Notes: generated by a model not told the origin, from the sequence alone. A stretch of 64,000 nt of DNA from the human T2T-CHM13v2.0 reference genome, Homo sapiens (GCF_009914755.1 NC_060942.1); one strand, 5' to 3'; positions 1-17,014 are shown, numbered from the stretch's first letter. Made by a program: numbers and translations.

Positions 1-1301
1 CCTTAGAGAGTTGAATCCTATCTGCTTAAATGTTCTCTTTGGAAATCTTTTGGACTTTTTCCATCAGAATGCAAGAATTGCTTTTCTTTTTTTTAAATAT
101 GGGAAATCTTGGGTTTACATTTTTATTTTTATATGGTTATCAAGAAATATAAGGAAAAAGACAGGCGCTATTGCATTTTATTATCTCATTGGCTAAAATG
201 TCTGACACGTCTTACAAATTGCCTGAAATTCTTGCCATCTGCTGCTGCAAACTTCATCTAAATATAAGTTACAGTAAATATATTTCTTGAAAAAAAATTT
301 TAACAACATAGACTTTGGTTATTTTATTGTTGTTTAATGACTTTTCTGCCATTTAAGTTTTCTGGCTTCCAAAGAGATGTCTAATGACATCAAGAATGAT
401 TTCTGTGGAAGTGACTATGAAATTCAAGTTTCCATTCTTCTGAAAATATGATTTAGTGGAGATATTCAAGTGTCTGCCATTCTAAGGTGACTGAATTTGG
501 ATGTGGAATATTAAGATAAGTTATAATAGTTCATTGGCTCATCAAACAGAAAAATAAACTTGCCCTGTTCCATTTGTGGTTTATGGTTAGCCTTGGCTTG
601 ATCTTTCAATTTTTCATTTACTCCTTCAATGAATATATGAAGAACAGCGATATTTGGTGAAATTAAAAAGTTGGTTTATATGGTTGTTCTATACAGTAGT
701 TTTAAGCAGAAGAATTCTGCTTTTTCCATGCAAGTCTTTGACTCCCTGTCCCTGCTAGTATGTAGTTTTTGATGTACATTACAGGAGGCTCAGGCTTCCC
801 TGCCTTGTAACAGACCTGAAGTTTTCAGAGGGGATGTTAGAAAACACGATAACAAATAATGGGTGAACTGGATTAGTCCTGCTTCCTAAAACCTGGAATC
901 TGCTTTGATCTGGAACACTGGGTTATTCTTGGCTTCTGTAGCTTTTGCTACACTGGCTCCTGCCCCTATTTTCTACATACCTCAAAGATTTCCACTGGAG
1001 TTGCTGCCTTGTATTGAAACACAGTGAACTTGATTCACTTCCAGACATCTGAGTTGGCTTCCTACAGGTCTTCCTCTTGTCTTAATTTAAACATAGACTT
1101 ATTACCCAGAACTCTAATTTTACCTATTTATTTAAATATTGTCCCTTGTGTTATTTTCTTCTATGAGTATGAATTACTTCCTTCATGAACTAAGGAACTC
1201 TAGATTATCATGGTGATCCTCTTTTCCCCTAGCTCTTTAAATAAGAACTGCAAGCTTGACAGCTATCTTTAATAGGAAAAAGAGTGGAAACTACATTTCT
1301 T

Positions 1302-1685
<384 letters not shown>

Positions 1686-1714
1686 TAAAATCTCAGTCTT
1701 TGGCAAGACTGAGA

Positions 1715-1812
1715 AATGGAAGAAGGAAGAAGACTAAAAATGGAAAAGACTAAAAATGGAAGAAGGAAGAGAAGGAGGGGGAGAGAAGAAGGCTGTTGGG
1801 GGAGGGTGGGGA
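1715..1812. repeat. Purine-rich low-complexity tract with short tandem duplications
   Basis: aagactaaaaatggaa occurs twice and aaatggaagaaggaaga twice. Confidence 0.7.
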
Positions 1813-1879
1813 AATAATTTCTGAAAATGATTATTATTTTAAAACCAAACTAAGAGTTTCATTTTCAGGAATACATAAA

Positions 1880-2350
1880 TAAGCACCTATCAGAACAGCC
1901 TTTCCACAGGTGATAGCTATAAATTCTGGAGGCAAAGAAATACTTATTTGAAGACACTGAATGGAGATGAAAAACCAGCAGATGCTAGAAGGAAGTCAAG
2001 ACTGAAAAAAAATACATTTGAAAGTATACTGGGTAAGAGTCTCATTTTTCCAGAATTCTATCCTGGGGACTGCCCCAGTCTGCACTGTGTAGTAAAGCTA
2101 AAACTCTGATAGCACACTCACAATTTTACTGGCCTGAAGAACCAGAAGATAGAGTTTGTGGCAACTACAGCCACTGGAAAGAGAAAGTAGGGAGTATGAG
2201 AAAGGAGATAGTCAGAGCGGGAGAGATCTAAATTCTATAAATGAACCATTCCTGAATCTCTATCTTACCTCTGAACCACACATATGTTAATCTGACTCCA
2301 TGTCTCTTCTTGTTAAACATAAAAGCATGGAATTGAGGTTTGAATGCCAT
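1880..2350 (+). mobile_element. Possible old L1M 5'-region fragment
   Basis: Resembles old L1M 5' UTR and directly precedes the L1 ORF2 remnant. Confidence 0.35.
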
Positions 2351-2369
2351 CCAAAAGATAGTTTTCAAT

Positions 2370-5300
<2,931 letters not shown>

Positions 5301-5339
5301 TTTTTTAAAAAAGCTAAATATATGACTATAGCTAGCATT

Positions 5340-5470
5340 TATTCAGAGATTATTATGTACCTTTTATTCTAAATGCTTTACATGTGTAAGGATTTTTAGT
5401 CTTCAGAAGGATTCTTTGGGGTGGATTCTATTTTTATCCCCACCTTACAGATAAAGAAACTGAAAACAAA
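5340..5470 (-). mobile_element. MIR SINE fragment
   Basis: MIR core reverse complement 'ccccaccttacagataaagaaactga'. Confidence 0.65.
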
Positions 5471-6007
5471 TGGATTCATTAACAACTAAAAAACAATCCT
5501 GTCTTTATGCGGGTAATAAGGAATTCACATGAAATGGGACAGGTTTTATAAAAGAGCAGTGCATTGGAGAGGTGAAGATACTGAAGTGATGGAAACATAT
5601 AATCCATTTTCTGTTTCTTCTACATTGCAACGAAGTAGCTTAAGTACGAATATGCACCCATCTGAGGGCATAGTAATATGAGACTTTTGATAGTTCAGTG
5701 TGTGTTAATGACACCACTTCTGAAGTATACATATTTTTGATATGTTTGGATGGCCGTCTTTTTAGGGGAACCAGCAGCCAATTAATCTCTTTAACAATTT
5801 TCTTCCCCATTTCACTTTCTTGCTGGGTCACTAGGAACCCAACCTAGCTTCTGGAAAGTTTACTAGGAACAAGAGGAGTGTAAAAGCCCATCCTGGATAG
5901 AGTAGCCTGAAAAGAAGTCTTTTCTACAGGCCCCATTCCCCTGCACATATACCCATGTGTCTGTAATACCCCAATCATCAGAAGAACCACAGCAAGTGAT
6001 AGCATGC

Positions 6008-6198
6008 ATCTCAAAAGGCAGTCCCTACACCAGCACCAGCAGCATATGGGGATTTTTTTTTTTTAATAAATTCAATTCTTGGGCCCCATCCTGTACCTAC
6101 TGGATCAGAAATTATGGGGATGAGAAAGATTGGATAGTATCACAGTCTGTGCATAAACTGGGGATTCTGATGCACACTAATGTTTGATAAACACTGGT
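6008..6198. mobile_element. MER5A-like hAT-Charlie MITE
   Basis: 'ttcttgggccccatcctgtacctactggatcagaa' and terminal 'gattctgatgcacactaatgtttgataaacactg'. Confidence 0.7.
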
Positions 6199-6479
6199 GT
6201 AAAGAAATCCATCAGTAGCTTTCTGTACTCTTATTTTTTATGTTATCCAGAGCTCTTCAGCTTTACCTTGGGAGAATTGTCTAAATCTGCAAGAAAATGA
6301 CTACAAAGAAAACTAGCAAAACCTGGTCCTGTATAATTCTCCAGGTCCTTTTTACTTGTCCCTTAAGCTATATAACTCTCAGGTTATTATCATATTTTCA
6401 GATGTCAGCTTTTCCTTTTTCTCTTTGATGACAAGAGCATTGATAAGCTCTTTGACAATAAAGACACTGATAAATTTTT

Positions 6480-6600
6480 GACAACAAGGACTGTGTCTGA
6501 ATCATAATTGTCTACTTCAGATTATGACACTCACAGTAGGTCATCAATAAATATCTGTCAAATGAATAATTTAGTGAATTAATAAATGAGAAAGTGAGTG
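6480..6600 (+). mobile_element. L2 3' end fragment
   Basis: 'cacagtaggtcatcaataaatatctgtcaaatgaat' L2 tail. Confidence 0.55.
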
Positions 6601-6926
6601 AGTAAGCTTGCATGTGAGTGACAAATTATCTTGGAACTTATCAAGGTCTCAAGAAATAAATAAACTTACTGGCATCTCAGGAAATAGAAGAAACATTTTC
6701 CATTGACTAAATTTTGTAGTCTATATTTGAGGGTAGGTAAGATGTGAATAACTGTATGAAATCTGGTGCTATAAGCATAAGAGCCTGCCGCTATTGGGGA
6801 TAAATCAGAGAGCAGATGCCTGTGCTCCTTCTCCCACTTTTACCTCTCATTCCACTCTGTCAGCTGAGTGAGAGGAAGTCTGATCGGAAACCTCTCAAAG
6901 GTGGATTTGAGATCTCATCAAATACA

Positions 6927-7262
<336 letters not shown>

Positions 7263-8036
7263 CTATCACATTTTTGCAGGGCTCTGTTGTCAAGAAAGAA
7301 ATTCTGTAAAACTTCTTTTAGTAATATATTATAAAAGTTAAATGTATTATTTAATGTAATTTATTATAGAGTCAGAACTACATTTTCAAAATCAAATTCA
7401 TGCTTCTAGTAAAACATATCTATTGGGATTTGAAAAGTAATACCTTTGATTTTTATTATAATGACTATATTTTCTCAAAAAAAAAAGAGAACAAAAATAA
7501 ATGTTACTAAGAGAAAATTTACCTCCCAATCATATTAGTATCTTGATCTGTCCACAACCTGGCTCTTTTTCCACTGGCAGAAATAAAGTAATTGAGTTGT
7601 CAGGTTGGGTAAGGAAAGGGAAAAGAGTCACCTTATATTCCTCAACCAAATCATAGTTGGGTCCTTCAGTCAACACTGTTTTCTCTTTCTCAAACACAAA
7701 AGGAATGCAGGGGCTTGCGAACCACATGATAGAGTTAATATACAATAAACTGATGATAATAAATGCTAAGTTTGCTGTTACCCAATTTAATTTATCTTTC
7801 CCAGTATTTTTCAAACACGTTAATTATGAAATAGCTTGCATCACATTTGGTCCAGGAAAAGTAAAAGTGAGAGAATGGAATATTATTTTTTAAAAAGAAA
7901 AGCCCAACAAAACTTTTATTTAATATACAGGGTAATTTACTTTGTATAAATTAAATTTTTGAACTGAATAACATTGTTATTGCATTTGTACTATTATATT
8001 TTTGCCTGATATCTATTGAAACTTATAGTTCTTTTT

Positions 8037-8600
8037 TTGTATGTACCACATTTTCTTTATCATTTGGCAATTGACATTGAGGTTGATTCCAACTCTTGGC
8101 TATTGTGAATAGAGCTGCAAAAATAAATGGAAGTACAGATATCTCTTTGACATACTGATTTCACTTCCTTTGGTCATATACGCAGTAGTGGGATTGCTGG
8201 ATAATATGGTAGTTCTATTTTTTAGTATTTTGAAGAAGCTCCATACTACTTTCTATAATGGCTGTCCTAATTTGTGTTCCCACCAACAGTATTTAAGAGC
8301 TCCCTTTTCTCTACTTGCTTGTCAACACTCTCTTTTGTCTTTTTGATAATAGTCATTCTAACAAGTGTAAGGTGTGATCTCATTGTGGTTTTCATGTGAT
8401 TTCCCTGATGGATAGTGATGCAGAGCATTTTTTTCATATACTTATTGGTCCTTTGTATGTCTTTTGAGAAATGCCTATTCAGGTCTTTTGCCTATTTTTT
8501 AATAGGGTGATTTGTTTTCTTGAGTTGTCAGTGTTCCACATATATTTGGGAAATTAATGTCTTTTTGATATAAAATTTGCAATATTTCCTCCAATTCTCT
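8037..8600 (-). mobile_element. L1MA-type fragment (ORF2 C-terminal region), inverted piece
   Basis: Reverse-complement L1 motifs 'ttggctattgtgaatag', 'agtagtgggattgctgga', 'ttcccaccaacagt', 'ctcattgtggtttt'. Confidence 0.9.
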
Positions 8601-8601
8601 T

Positions 8602-8830
8602 GTCATTTGTGACAACATCAATCAACCAGAAAGACATTTTAAGTAAAAGGAGCCAGGTACAGAAATAAAAATATCACATGATCTCACTTGTATGTGGATT
8701 CTAAAGAAGTTAATCTCATAGAAGTAGAGTGTAGAATGGTGCTTACCAGAGGCTTGGCTGGCTAGGGGAGAGGAGGATAGGGAGAGGTTGGTCAAAGAAT
8801 ATATAATTATAGTTAGATAGGGGAAATTGT
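8602..8830 (+). mobile_element. L1MA-type 3' UTR fragment, forward piece
   Basis: 'gtcatttgtgacaacat...catgatctcactt...catagaagtagagtgtagaatggtgcttaccagagg'. Confidence 0.85.
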
Positions 8831-8844
8831 TTTAAAATGTCAAG

Positions 8845-9075
8845 AATAGAGACAGAATGTATATAAATGATTGCTTGGGTCTAGGGGGTGGAGAGGGGAA
8901 AGAAATGGGGAATGAGTATTGCTGGTTCTAGAGCTTCTTTTTGGGGTGATGAAAATATTCCAAAATTAATTGTGATGATGATTGCACAACTCTGAGAAAA
9001 CTAAAAAGTATTGGATTGTACACTTTAAGTGGGTGAATTATATTTTAATATTTATATCTCAATAAAATTAAAAAA
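8845..9075 (+). mobile_element. L1MB-type 3' end
   Basis: 'tttggggtgatgaaaatatt...gattgcacaactctg...tgtacacttta...tatctcaataaa'. Confidence 0.85.
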
Positions 9076-9149
9076 TATATATAGCTCTATTATTCTTCTA
9101 ACTCATTTAATTTTGAGAAAGTCTGGAAAGGCTTTCTGAAAGGTTTTTT

Positions 9150-9560
9150 CATAAAAATTGTATGGCATACAGATGGTTCCAGAGTGTCTTCACTGGCTTA
9201 CCAATATTTTTACCAAGTGCTTGTTCCTGTTTTCATTTTGTCATAATCAATGAGTGAGTGATGCCTTCTCTTGGTCATTAAGCTTAGCAGCTAGACAGAT
9301 TCTACAGCAACTCTGTGGTAGCCATGTCAAAAAGTCTAAAGAGAGAAGCATGGGGCAAGGGCTCTCTTCTTATGTTTTATAAGGGAGATAAACTTCCTCA
9401 GAAGCTTTCAACAGACTTGCCTCCATGTCTTATTGACTGTAATTGGGTCAAATGGCCACCACTATGGAAAGATATGCTGGGAATGTCATTCTCTGGCATT
9501 TTCAGCCTCCCTCTGGGGAGGCAGACATTGAGAAGGAAAAGAAGAGACAAAGGGAATAGT
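9150..9560. mobile_element. Possible degenerate MLT1 (MaLR) LTR
   Basis: 'catgtcttattgactgtaattgggtcaaatggccacc' resembles the MLT1 core. Confidence 0.4.
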
Positions 9561-10121
9561 ATTTACAACAGTGGCTCATAGTAGAATAATGTCACATTTC
9601 TTAAACAAAAGGCATTAACTTATAAAAATGAAGTAATTACTGGTAGGATTTAAAGTTATACAACTGAGAAGAATTTTTTTAAATACAGAGGACTTTCTAG
9701 TAACCCTAAAAGTGTGTATTAGATTAGTCCTTCTATGAACCCTTTCATTTCCAGTACTTATTTTCATGAATTGTTCTCAGAGCTTTCCTTAATCTCTACT
9801 ATAAAAATTGAAAAGCCAAAGAGATGCAGTGTGATTACTAAACTGCAGCAGGAAGTCATAGGTAAATACAGACTTGAGATGATGGCAAAAGTGCACCCTT
9901 GCCTTCCCTAATCAAACAGTCTCTGGATTAAGGCAAATTCCAGGTCAGGAAGTATAACTGATAAGTTTAACAAAAGAAACAGAATAAATGAATTTTCTTC
10001 CATTGAATTGAGATGTGACCCTCAGTTTTTGAAAATATTTAAGCATTCTATTTTCCTGAGAAAAATAAAAAGTTCAGCTATATGTTCATATATATATGCA
10101 CATATCCATAGAGACATAGTC

Positions 10122-10147
10122 GTGTGTGTGTGTGTGTGTTTGTGTGT
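10122..10147. repeat. (GT)n microsatellite, interrupted
   Basis: Read directly. Confidence 0.9.
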
Positions 10148-10455
10148 ATACCAACAAAACACCACTCCCTTGATGACAAATCAGTGACTATTTCTTTCCT
10201 TTAGCAAAATTCTGATGAACCAACATTTCAGATTCATGCAAACAAATTCCCCATAGAATGAATTTATTATTTGTATCATTATTAATATTACACTCAGCTC
10301 TGAGAAGGATGCCTTCAAAAGATTCCACTGCCCTTTGTTGTGTGCAAGTGTGTGTGATTTTGATGAGCAAACCTGCATACCTCCTCTAAGTTTCCTTCCG
10401 AGCTTGTGCAGTTAAAATAATTATAATAAAATCTATTAACTGCTTGTTACTGCAG

Positions 10456-10508
10456 GGGGAAAAGGCACTGCATCCAAGCTTCCATCTGCAACCATTGATT
10501 CTGAAGTG
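10456..10508 (+). other. Candidate 53-nt spliced exon (non-coding or unknown transcript)
   Basis: Branch-like ttaac, acceptor tgcttgttactgcag|G, donor GTG|gtgagt, in unique DNA. Confidence 0.3.
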
Positions 10509-11296
10509 GTGAGTGACAGTTCCCCACCGCCTAAGTAGGTTTATAACAAGCTAGCTTCAGGCTGCAACAGCCAGTAGAGTGCAGAGGAGAAAGGACTGGC
10601 CTCCAAACTAGTCTTAAGCCTCAAGAAAGAAAGGGGGGGAATATCTCTGCCAATAACTGCAGTGCCTATTCTCACATTCAGCAGCAGGAGCTTTGTAATT
10701 GCCAAGTCGCTTTAATTCCCACTCACACCTTGCGGGGACAAGGCAGAGAACTCTCTCTAACGGATAGTAATAAAACTATTATTCATCTAATCACCCACAA
10801 ACACATGTGTTTCTTTTGTAACGACTCTGTTGCCCTCATCCCCATAAAACACACACACATGTGCATAAGCCAACTCATGCAAATGAAAACACAATAGTGA
10901 AGACAATGTAAACGAAAAGAACAGGCTGTTTTGCAGACATACAGAAATCCAGCTCACATTCATGCTTTATACATATAATTCCAATGAATTCCTATCAATC
11001 CCACACACCATGGTTAAGATCCTGTTTGTAGTAATAAGGAGAATCCACACTATTATTTACACTTTTCAAATGAGATCACTCCCTTTGCTTCCAGCGATTG
11101 ACCTGACTATATCAGGTGAAAGTGCACTTCAGATTGGAAGCTGACCTCATTTCTGTCTTGGATTTTGCATATGCCTATATAGATGAGCTATCAGCAGCAT
11201 ATCATCATCACTCAATTATAATATTTTTGTTTGTATAAGTGTATACATATTGGCATAAACCCAAATCATCTGATTTCTCTCTATCCATTTCTGTCA

Positions 11297-11298
<2 letters not shown>

Positions 11299-11334
<36 letters not shown>
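11299..11334. repeat. (AC)18 microsatellite
   Basis: Read directly. Confidence 0.97.
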
Positions 11335-11336
<2 letters not shown>

Positions 11337-11638
11337 TATATTGTATCAAGCTTCACAGGAATTACATTTGTCTCTGTGTATGAACCAGTACCCTAATATT
11401 TCACATTTTAGCATAATGGGCCAGTACTCTCAACTATGAGTCATAATAAAATAATAAGATAATGAAATATGAGGTGGTGATGGTAAAAACATCAGATATA
11501 TCAATATGAATTAGTGCTGCCCTCTAGAATACAATTTAGAATAATTTTCATTTATAACAAACGAAAGTTTTAAATCTTCATTTTTAATATTTTAAAAATC
11601 TTTAATTTTTAATTTTAACTACAAATCTTTAAATTTCA

Positions 11639-11780
11639 GACCAGATGCAATGGCTCACATCTGTAATTCCAGCACTTTGGGAGGCTGAGGCAGGAGGATC
11701 ACTTGAGGCCAGGAGTTGGAGGCGAGCCTGAACAAAAGAGAAAGATGCCATCTGTATAAATACATAAATGCATAAATAAA
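11639..11780 (+). mobile_element. FLAM_C / free left Alu monomer
   Basis: Single monomer 'ggaggatcacttgaggccaggagtt' followed by an AAAT-type tail. Confidence 0.85.
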
Positions 11781-12879
11781 TATACACATCATACAATATT
11801 TTCTTTCATTTAAAAAAACTTTAAATCATATTGACAAGAAAACTGACCAACTACATTAACATTTGATTCAAAATGATATCCTACTTTAGCCTTAAAAAAC
11901 TTGTTTTTTCATAAGTGTTCATGATTTTTAAAGGAAATCTATATTCAAAAAAATAATTTGCCACCATCGAGTTTCCTCAAGAGAATGTGCCATCTACCAA
12001 CACATAAATTTAATTGCATGCAGATATAAATATTCTCTGACTGGACATTTTAAATAGGCACATCTCCACAAGAAGACTGTTCTGTAAAATGTTATCTATT
12101 ATTTTGATAATTCAAACAAATTATAACAACAATCGCAACAATAATAAACAATATTTCAGGCAAAAGTATGTTTATAGTGAAGGTTTGAATGATCCGGTTA
12201 ATTTTTGTAAGTAAATTATGAAATTTTCACAGGTGTACACATACACACATATCTTGGATGATCCACACTGGCTCAAAGTTCTCAGTTTCTACAAAATTAA
12301 AAAATGCAGTATTGTTTCCATGGCTGCTCTATTTCATTAGGTTGAGCATGATTTTACAGTAGACTGGGAGACAAAATAAACTTATCAGAAGTGAGATTCT
12401 TCCTTTGTTCTCCTGAATTCCAGAAAGTGTCATCAATTTGAACATATTCTGACCCATGAATCTGGGACAGTAAACTCCCCAAATGCACAAAGTTGCTTAT
12501 GGACCTGTCAATACTTTTTGTTCATTTTTGACAATACCGGAATGACAATTCCACTCTTCTGCAGAAGCATACGGAACTTTGCATCTTAAAGTTTAGGGTA
12601 CATTAAAGTACTTCTTGCTTCCTAGGCAGCCTTGATGAAGTAGACTACCCACTGATACCATAAGCAGCGCAGTTGGGTGCATGTAGAAAAATTCTTATCT
12701 CAAAGAAGTCCATTGGACTGTGAGTATGTATAATATTTAAGCCCTACAAAACCTGTTATTGTAAACAGGATAGTGGTGGTTTATATTAGCATGTATATAT
12801 TTTAAATGTACTTCTGCACGCTCTTAGTAAATTTGCTGTACCCCACTTCTAATCATGAGAGAGATACAATAATAATTAC

Positions 12880-13085
12880 TATCAAGCTGATATTCACTAA
12901 GCTCTTACCATGTATTTGCCATTCATTGTGTTAAGTGATTTAGAAGTGCTATTTTACTAAATCCTCATCAAAAATCCATGAGGCAGGTATTATTGTTACT
13001 CCTATTTTAAAGATAAGGAAATGGAGGCAAAAAAAAGTATAACTAATCATCCCTAGAGCTCACTTTCAATAAATGGCAAATCCAG
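12880..13085 (-). mobile_element. MIR SINE
   Basis: 'atgaggcaggtattattgttactcctattttaaagataaggaaatggaggc'. Confidence 0.75.
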
Positions 13086-13087
13086 GA

Positions 13088-13530
13088 TGTCTTACTTTGG
13101 CTTCCCACAGAAAGAGACCCTAGTCAAAGATTTAAGTAAAAGTAGTTGATTGGGAAGTGCAGGAAGCAGCAGTAGAAAGAAGGGAACTGAGAAGTTGAGA
13201 GAAAGTGGCCAGTATTAGGTGCATCCTTAAGTAGGCAATGACTATGGATTATTGGAGCTTTATCTTAAGTGGAAATTCTTGGAAACAGCGGACTACATGT
13301 CTCAAACATATCCCAATCTAAGGGGAGGGAACTGCAATATATACATCAATTCTGCTCAGTCATTAATTGAGGAATACTGAGAGGAGTGGCATTTCCCCAT
13401 AACCCATAGCCAGAGTAATTTCCCTAAGCTTCAGAGAAAGCCCTCAGGCAAATGCCATAGATTCTAGAAGCTGGCAATCAGCCTGCAGGCACTGAAGTGG
13501 CAAGACTCCAAGGATATGGATGGGTCATTG
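13088..13530. mobile_element. Old ERVL-class solo LTR (LTR33/LTR41-like)
   Basis: 'ttcccacagaaagagaccctagtcaaagatttaagtaaaagtagttgattgggaag' resembles the LTR33-family terminus. Confidence 0.55.
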
Positions 13531-15399
13531 GGGCTAATAAAGATGTAGGTTTCATAGTGACTTCATGATTTTGTATAGGACAGAGATAGTTCGGTTAGAC
13601 TGCTGTACTTGTGCATGTGTCTTAAATCTGCATTTGAATCACAATTATACTAATTTTACTTAGCGTGTATGTTTATTTGGGAACTGAAAAGAACTGATAA
13701 TGATTTGGGAATTTTAAAAAGTCCTGAGCCACCCCTTGAACCATTGCTGCCTTTTTATGTACTCAGATCCATCTACAAAGCTCATACTCTTAACTACTGT
13801 GCAAATATCTCTGATAAAACACATCTCTGTACTGGGGAAAGTCGACTCCAACATCTCCTTTCAGAGGTTCTCAGGCTTCTGAGGGCACCCATGTTCTACT
13901 GTCTTCCCTGCATGCATTAAAGATTCTAACACACTTTAGGCAATGAATACAGTAGAAATGTTCCCTTGTGATTTGATCTTTTGGGGAAGAGGTCAGTGAC
14001 CTAAGAGGAAGAAACTTGTAAGCAACACTATCTCCCCCACTGATCTGACGTACTATTTGAAAATTTACCAGATGGAACTAGGCTCTTAGGGAAATATTTG
14101 TTATTTGCAGACTTCATTTCTGCCTGATTGGTAATATTTTTATTATAACTTCTTTTATGGAAATTTGCATTTTATTCCTTTATTATACATTAGATTTTTT
14201 AAGTTAGCAAGTTCTTAGAACTTTCCTCATATCAATAAATAAAATATGGCAATATTTGACAACTACTCAAGATGGAAAAATGGAAGCTGCTCAGAGACAG
14301 TAAGTCCTGCTTTGGTGCTAACAGATTGATCCTTGGGCAGGATTAAATAGCAGGCAGGCATTGTTTCTATGACAATGATCTCAGAACAAAAGCCAGGGGA
14401 GATGTCTTTAAAAATAAATTTTACCTAATTCTCAGATGTTCTTAAGGGCAAACCCTTCTTTAAGACCTATCCTAGAACAAAGAGGTAACTTAGACTCATA
14501 GTGCATTAGAGAAGATGTGACAGCAGAGATTATGAAATTTGATTACTATTACAGAAGAACCTGAGACTGATAGAGTAAGTTAACTGTATATAGGAGTTGT
14601 ATAGATAATGATTCCAGAGAACAGAGAACAGGGACCCTATTACTTATGGTTCATCTACTCATCATTGTCCATTAATATAATTACAAGTCTTTTTTCTCCA
14701 ATTATTTTTATTTCATATTTTCAACATAATGAGAGGGAAGTAATACAGAGAAAGAAAAATAATAATAATTAGGAGCACCAAGAAGATGAGAGGTAGGAAA
14801 AAGAAAGAAAAAAAGATTGGAAAGTAATGCATGATGGCTGTCCTGTTTAGTAATTGGTTTCTAATGCATTTGAAAGAGCATAAGATGAAAGGGACTCTGA
14901 GTAAGCCCTCTATGATCATGATATTAGAAATCAACTACTGATAGCTTTCAAGATCTTGAGCCTCGCTTTGGCTTTCAGCTGCACTCAAGGTTGAAAGATG
15001 AGAGGCTACATATTGAGGAGATGGAGATCATCAGAAAGGCACTAATAACTGGCATCCAATAAAAGGTCCTATCAAGTTAGTATCAGAGAAATGAAGGGAC
15101 AAACTAGCGTCTTCTAAATCTCATATAATGTTCGGACATTGGAGCTAAATGATATTTTCTATTCAGTGTAAATCTTTTCTTATTTTGTTATTCACTGGCA
15201 ATGAATTTCTCTAGGGACTTTGATCCTGGGGTGAAAAAATCCATTCAAAAATCACCCAAGATATCAACTGGTAAGAAAATACTATTACATATGTAAGAAT
15301 TAGGAGCATCGTTCTGGTGCTCCTAATTATTATTTTTCATTCATGTTTATTCAATTCATTTCCTAAGATGGGTATGTTCCAACATGTAATTCTACCTAC

Positions 15400-15750
15400 A
15401 TTAGGTCTGTATGGGGCCACAGAGCAAAGTATTCAATTAATACCTATTTTTGAGGGGTTCTGTTTTAATTAGAGATCAGGTACAAACATATCAAGCAGTG
15501 ATCCAACAATGTGAAGTCAATACCATTGGCGAAGAGAGAGGGGCCTAGGGCAGAAAAGTAAGGGAGATAACATGGAGAAGGTGGACCTCAATCTGACTTT
15601 GAAGATAAATTTGATTTGAAAGATGAAGAGACATCAGTCAGGATTGTGAGGAGAGCATGACTAATGGTGTATGAATCAGAAGCAGGAATAAGAGTGATAG
15701 GAGGGAGTCAAAGTAAGTTTAAGCACTGTAGCTTAGCAGGATTCCATGTG
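15400..15750 (-). mobile_element. Degenerate L2 fragment
   Basis: 'catggagaaggtggacctcaatctgactttgaagataaat' L2-like. Confidence 0.4.
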
Positions 15751-15768
15751 CCACTGAAAGCCAAATGA

Positions 15769-16076
<308 letters not shown>

Positions 16077-17014
16077 GGATCACTTTTTAAAAGATTCACA
16101 GAAAGAATGTAAAGACCTGAAAGAAATTTATGAGTTAAGAATACAGTGATTCAATATGAAATCTTCTTTAGAATTGTATAATTAAACACGGAGTGTGAGA
16201 GTTGGATAATTATACCTTTTCAAATTGGCTCTGATGATATGTGGAATCTTCTCAGAGGCTGGGAAAGTATTTCTTGTTTTCACTTTCAGATGCTTCACCA
16301 TAAGCCATTGAGAACTGTGGCATTTTGATTTAGACTTTTAGAAACCTTAATAATAATTTCCAAATCCCACAGCCTCTGCTAACAATGGATAAACATTAGT
16401 AAGATATAGATATCAGAAAAAAAATGCCTTTCAGCACAATAGCTACCTGTGTCAGAGGAAAAATATACTTCTCATTGTTCTGTTGTATCTGTATTTCAGA
16501 ATTGCTCAGCATTTCTGGGAGCCTGTTATCTAAGGCTATATCTATGCAGGAAAGTTGAAGCAATTGCCCACTATTTGAAACAAAACAAAAGGAAGGACAG
16601 CAAAGCAAAAACAGAGTTTGAAACAAGCATTTTTGGGTTGTCTTATCACCTTGGATGGTTTACATAATTCCTCAATGGGAATGTAAGTTCTGTTTCTCCA
16701 GATAGACATGAGTTAAAATTTGCCATGATTAGCCAGTGGGAGCACAGAGCCATTAAAATCTACTGAAATAAGTCTGAGGGAAAGACTGCCTCTAAACATA
16801 AATTTATGAAAAATCTAAATGCAGAATTTCTTGCTATAGACTTTTCTAATTTTATTTTTTCTAAATAGAATGTTTATTAGCTAGGAACACTTAAACCCTA
16901 AATCAGAAAAAGCCCAAGAGTTCAATAACACTGGAATCTTCTTAATGTGGTTTATTTACTTTTCATTTCTTGTCACAAATTGTTTTGTTCTAATAGCATT
17001 AATGAAAATGAAAT

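Noticed and set aside
11512-11528. CTCF-like motif (minus strand TTCTAGAGGGCAGC)
   Set aside because: Lacks the conserved 5' CC of the core
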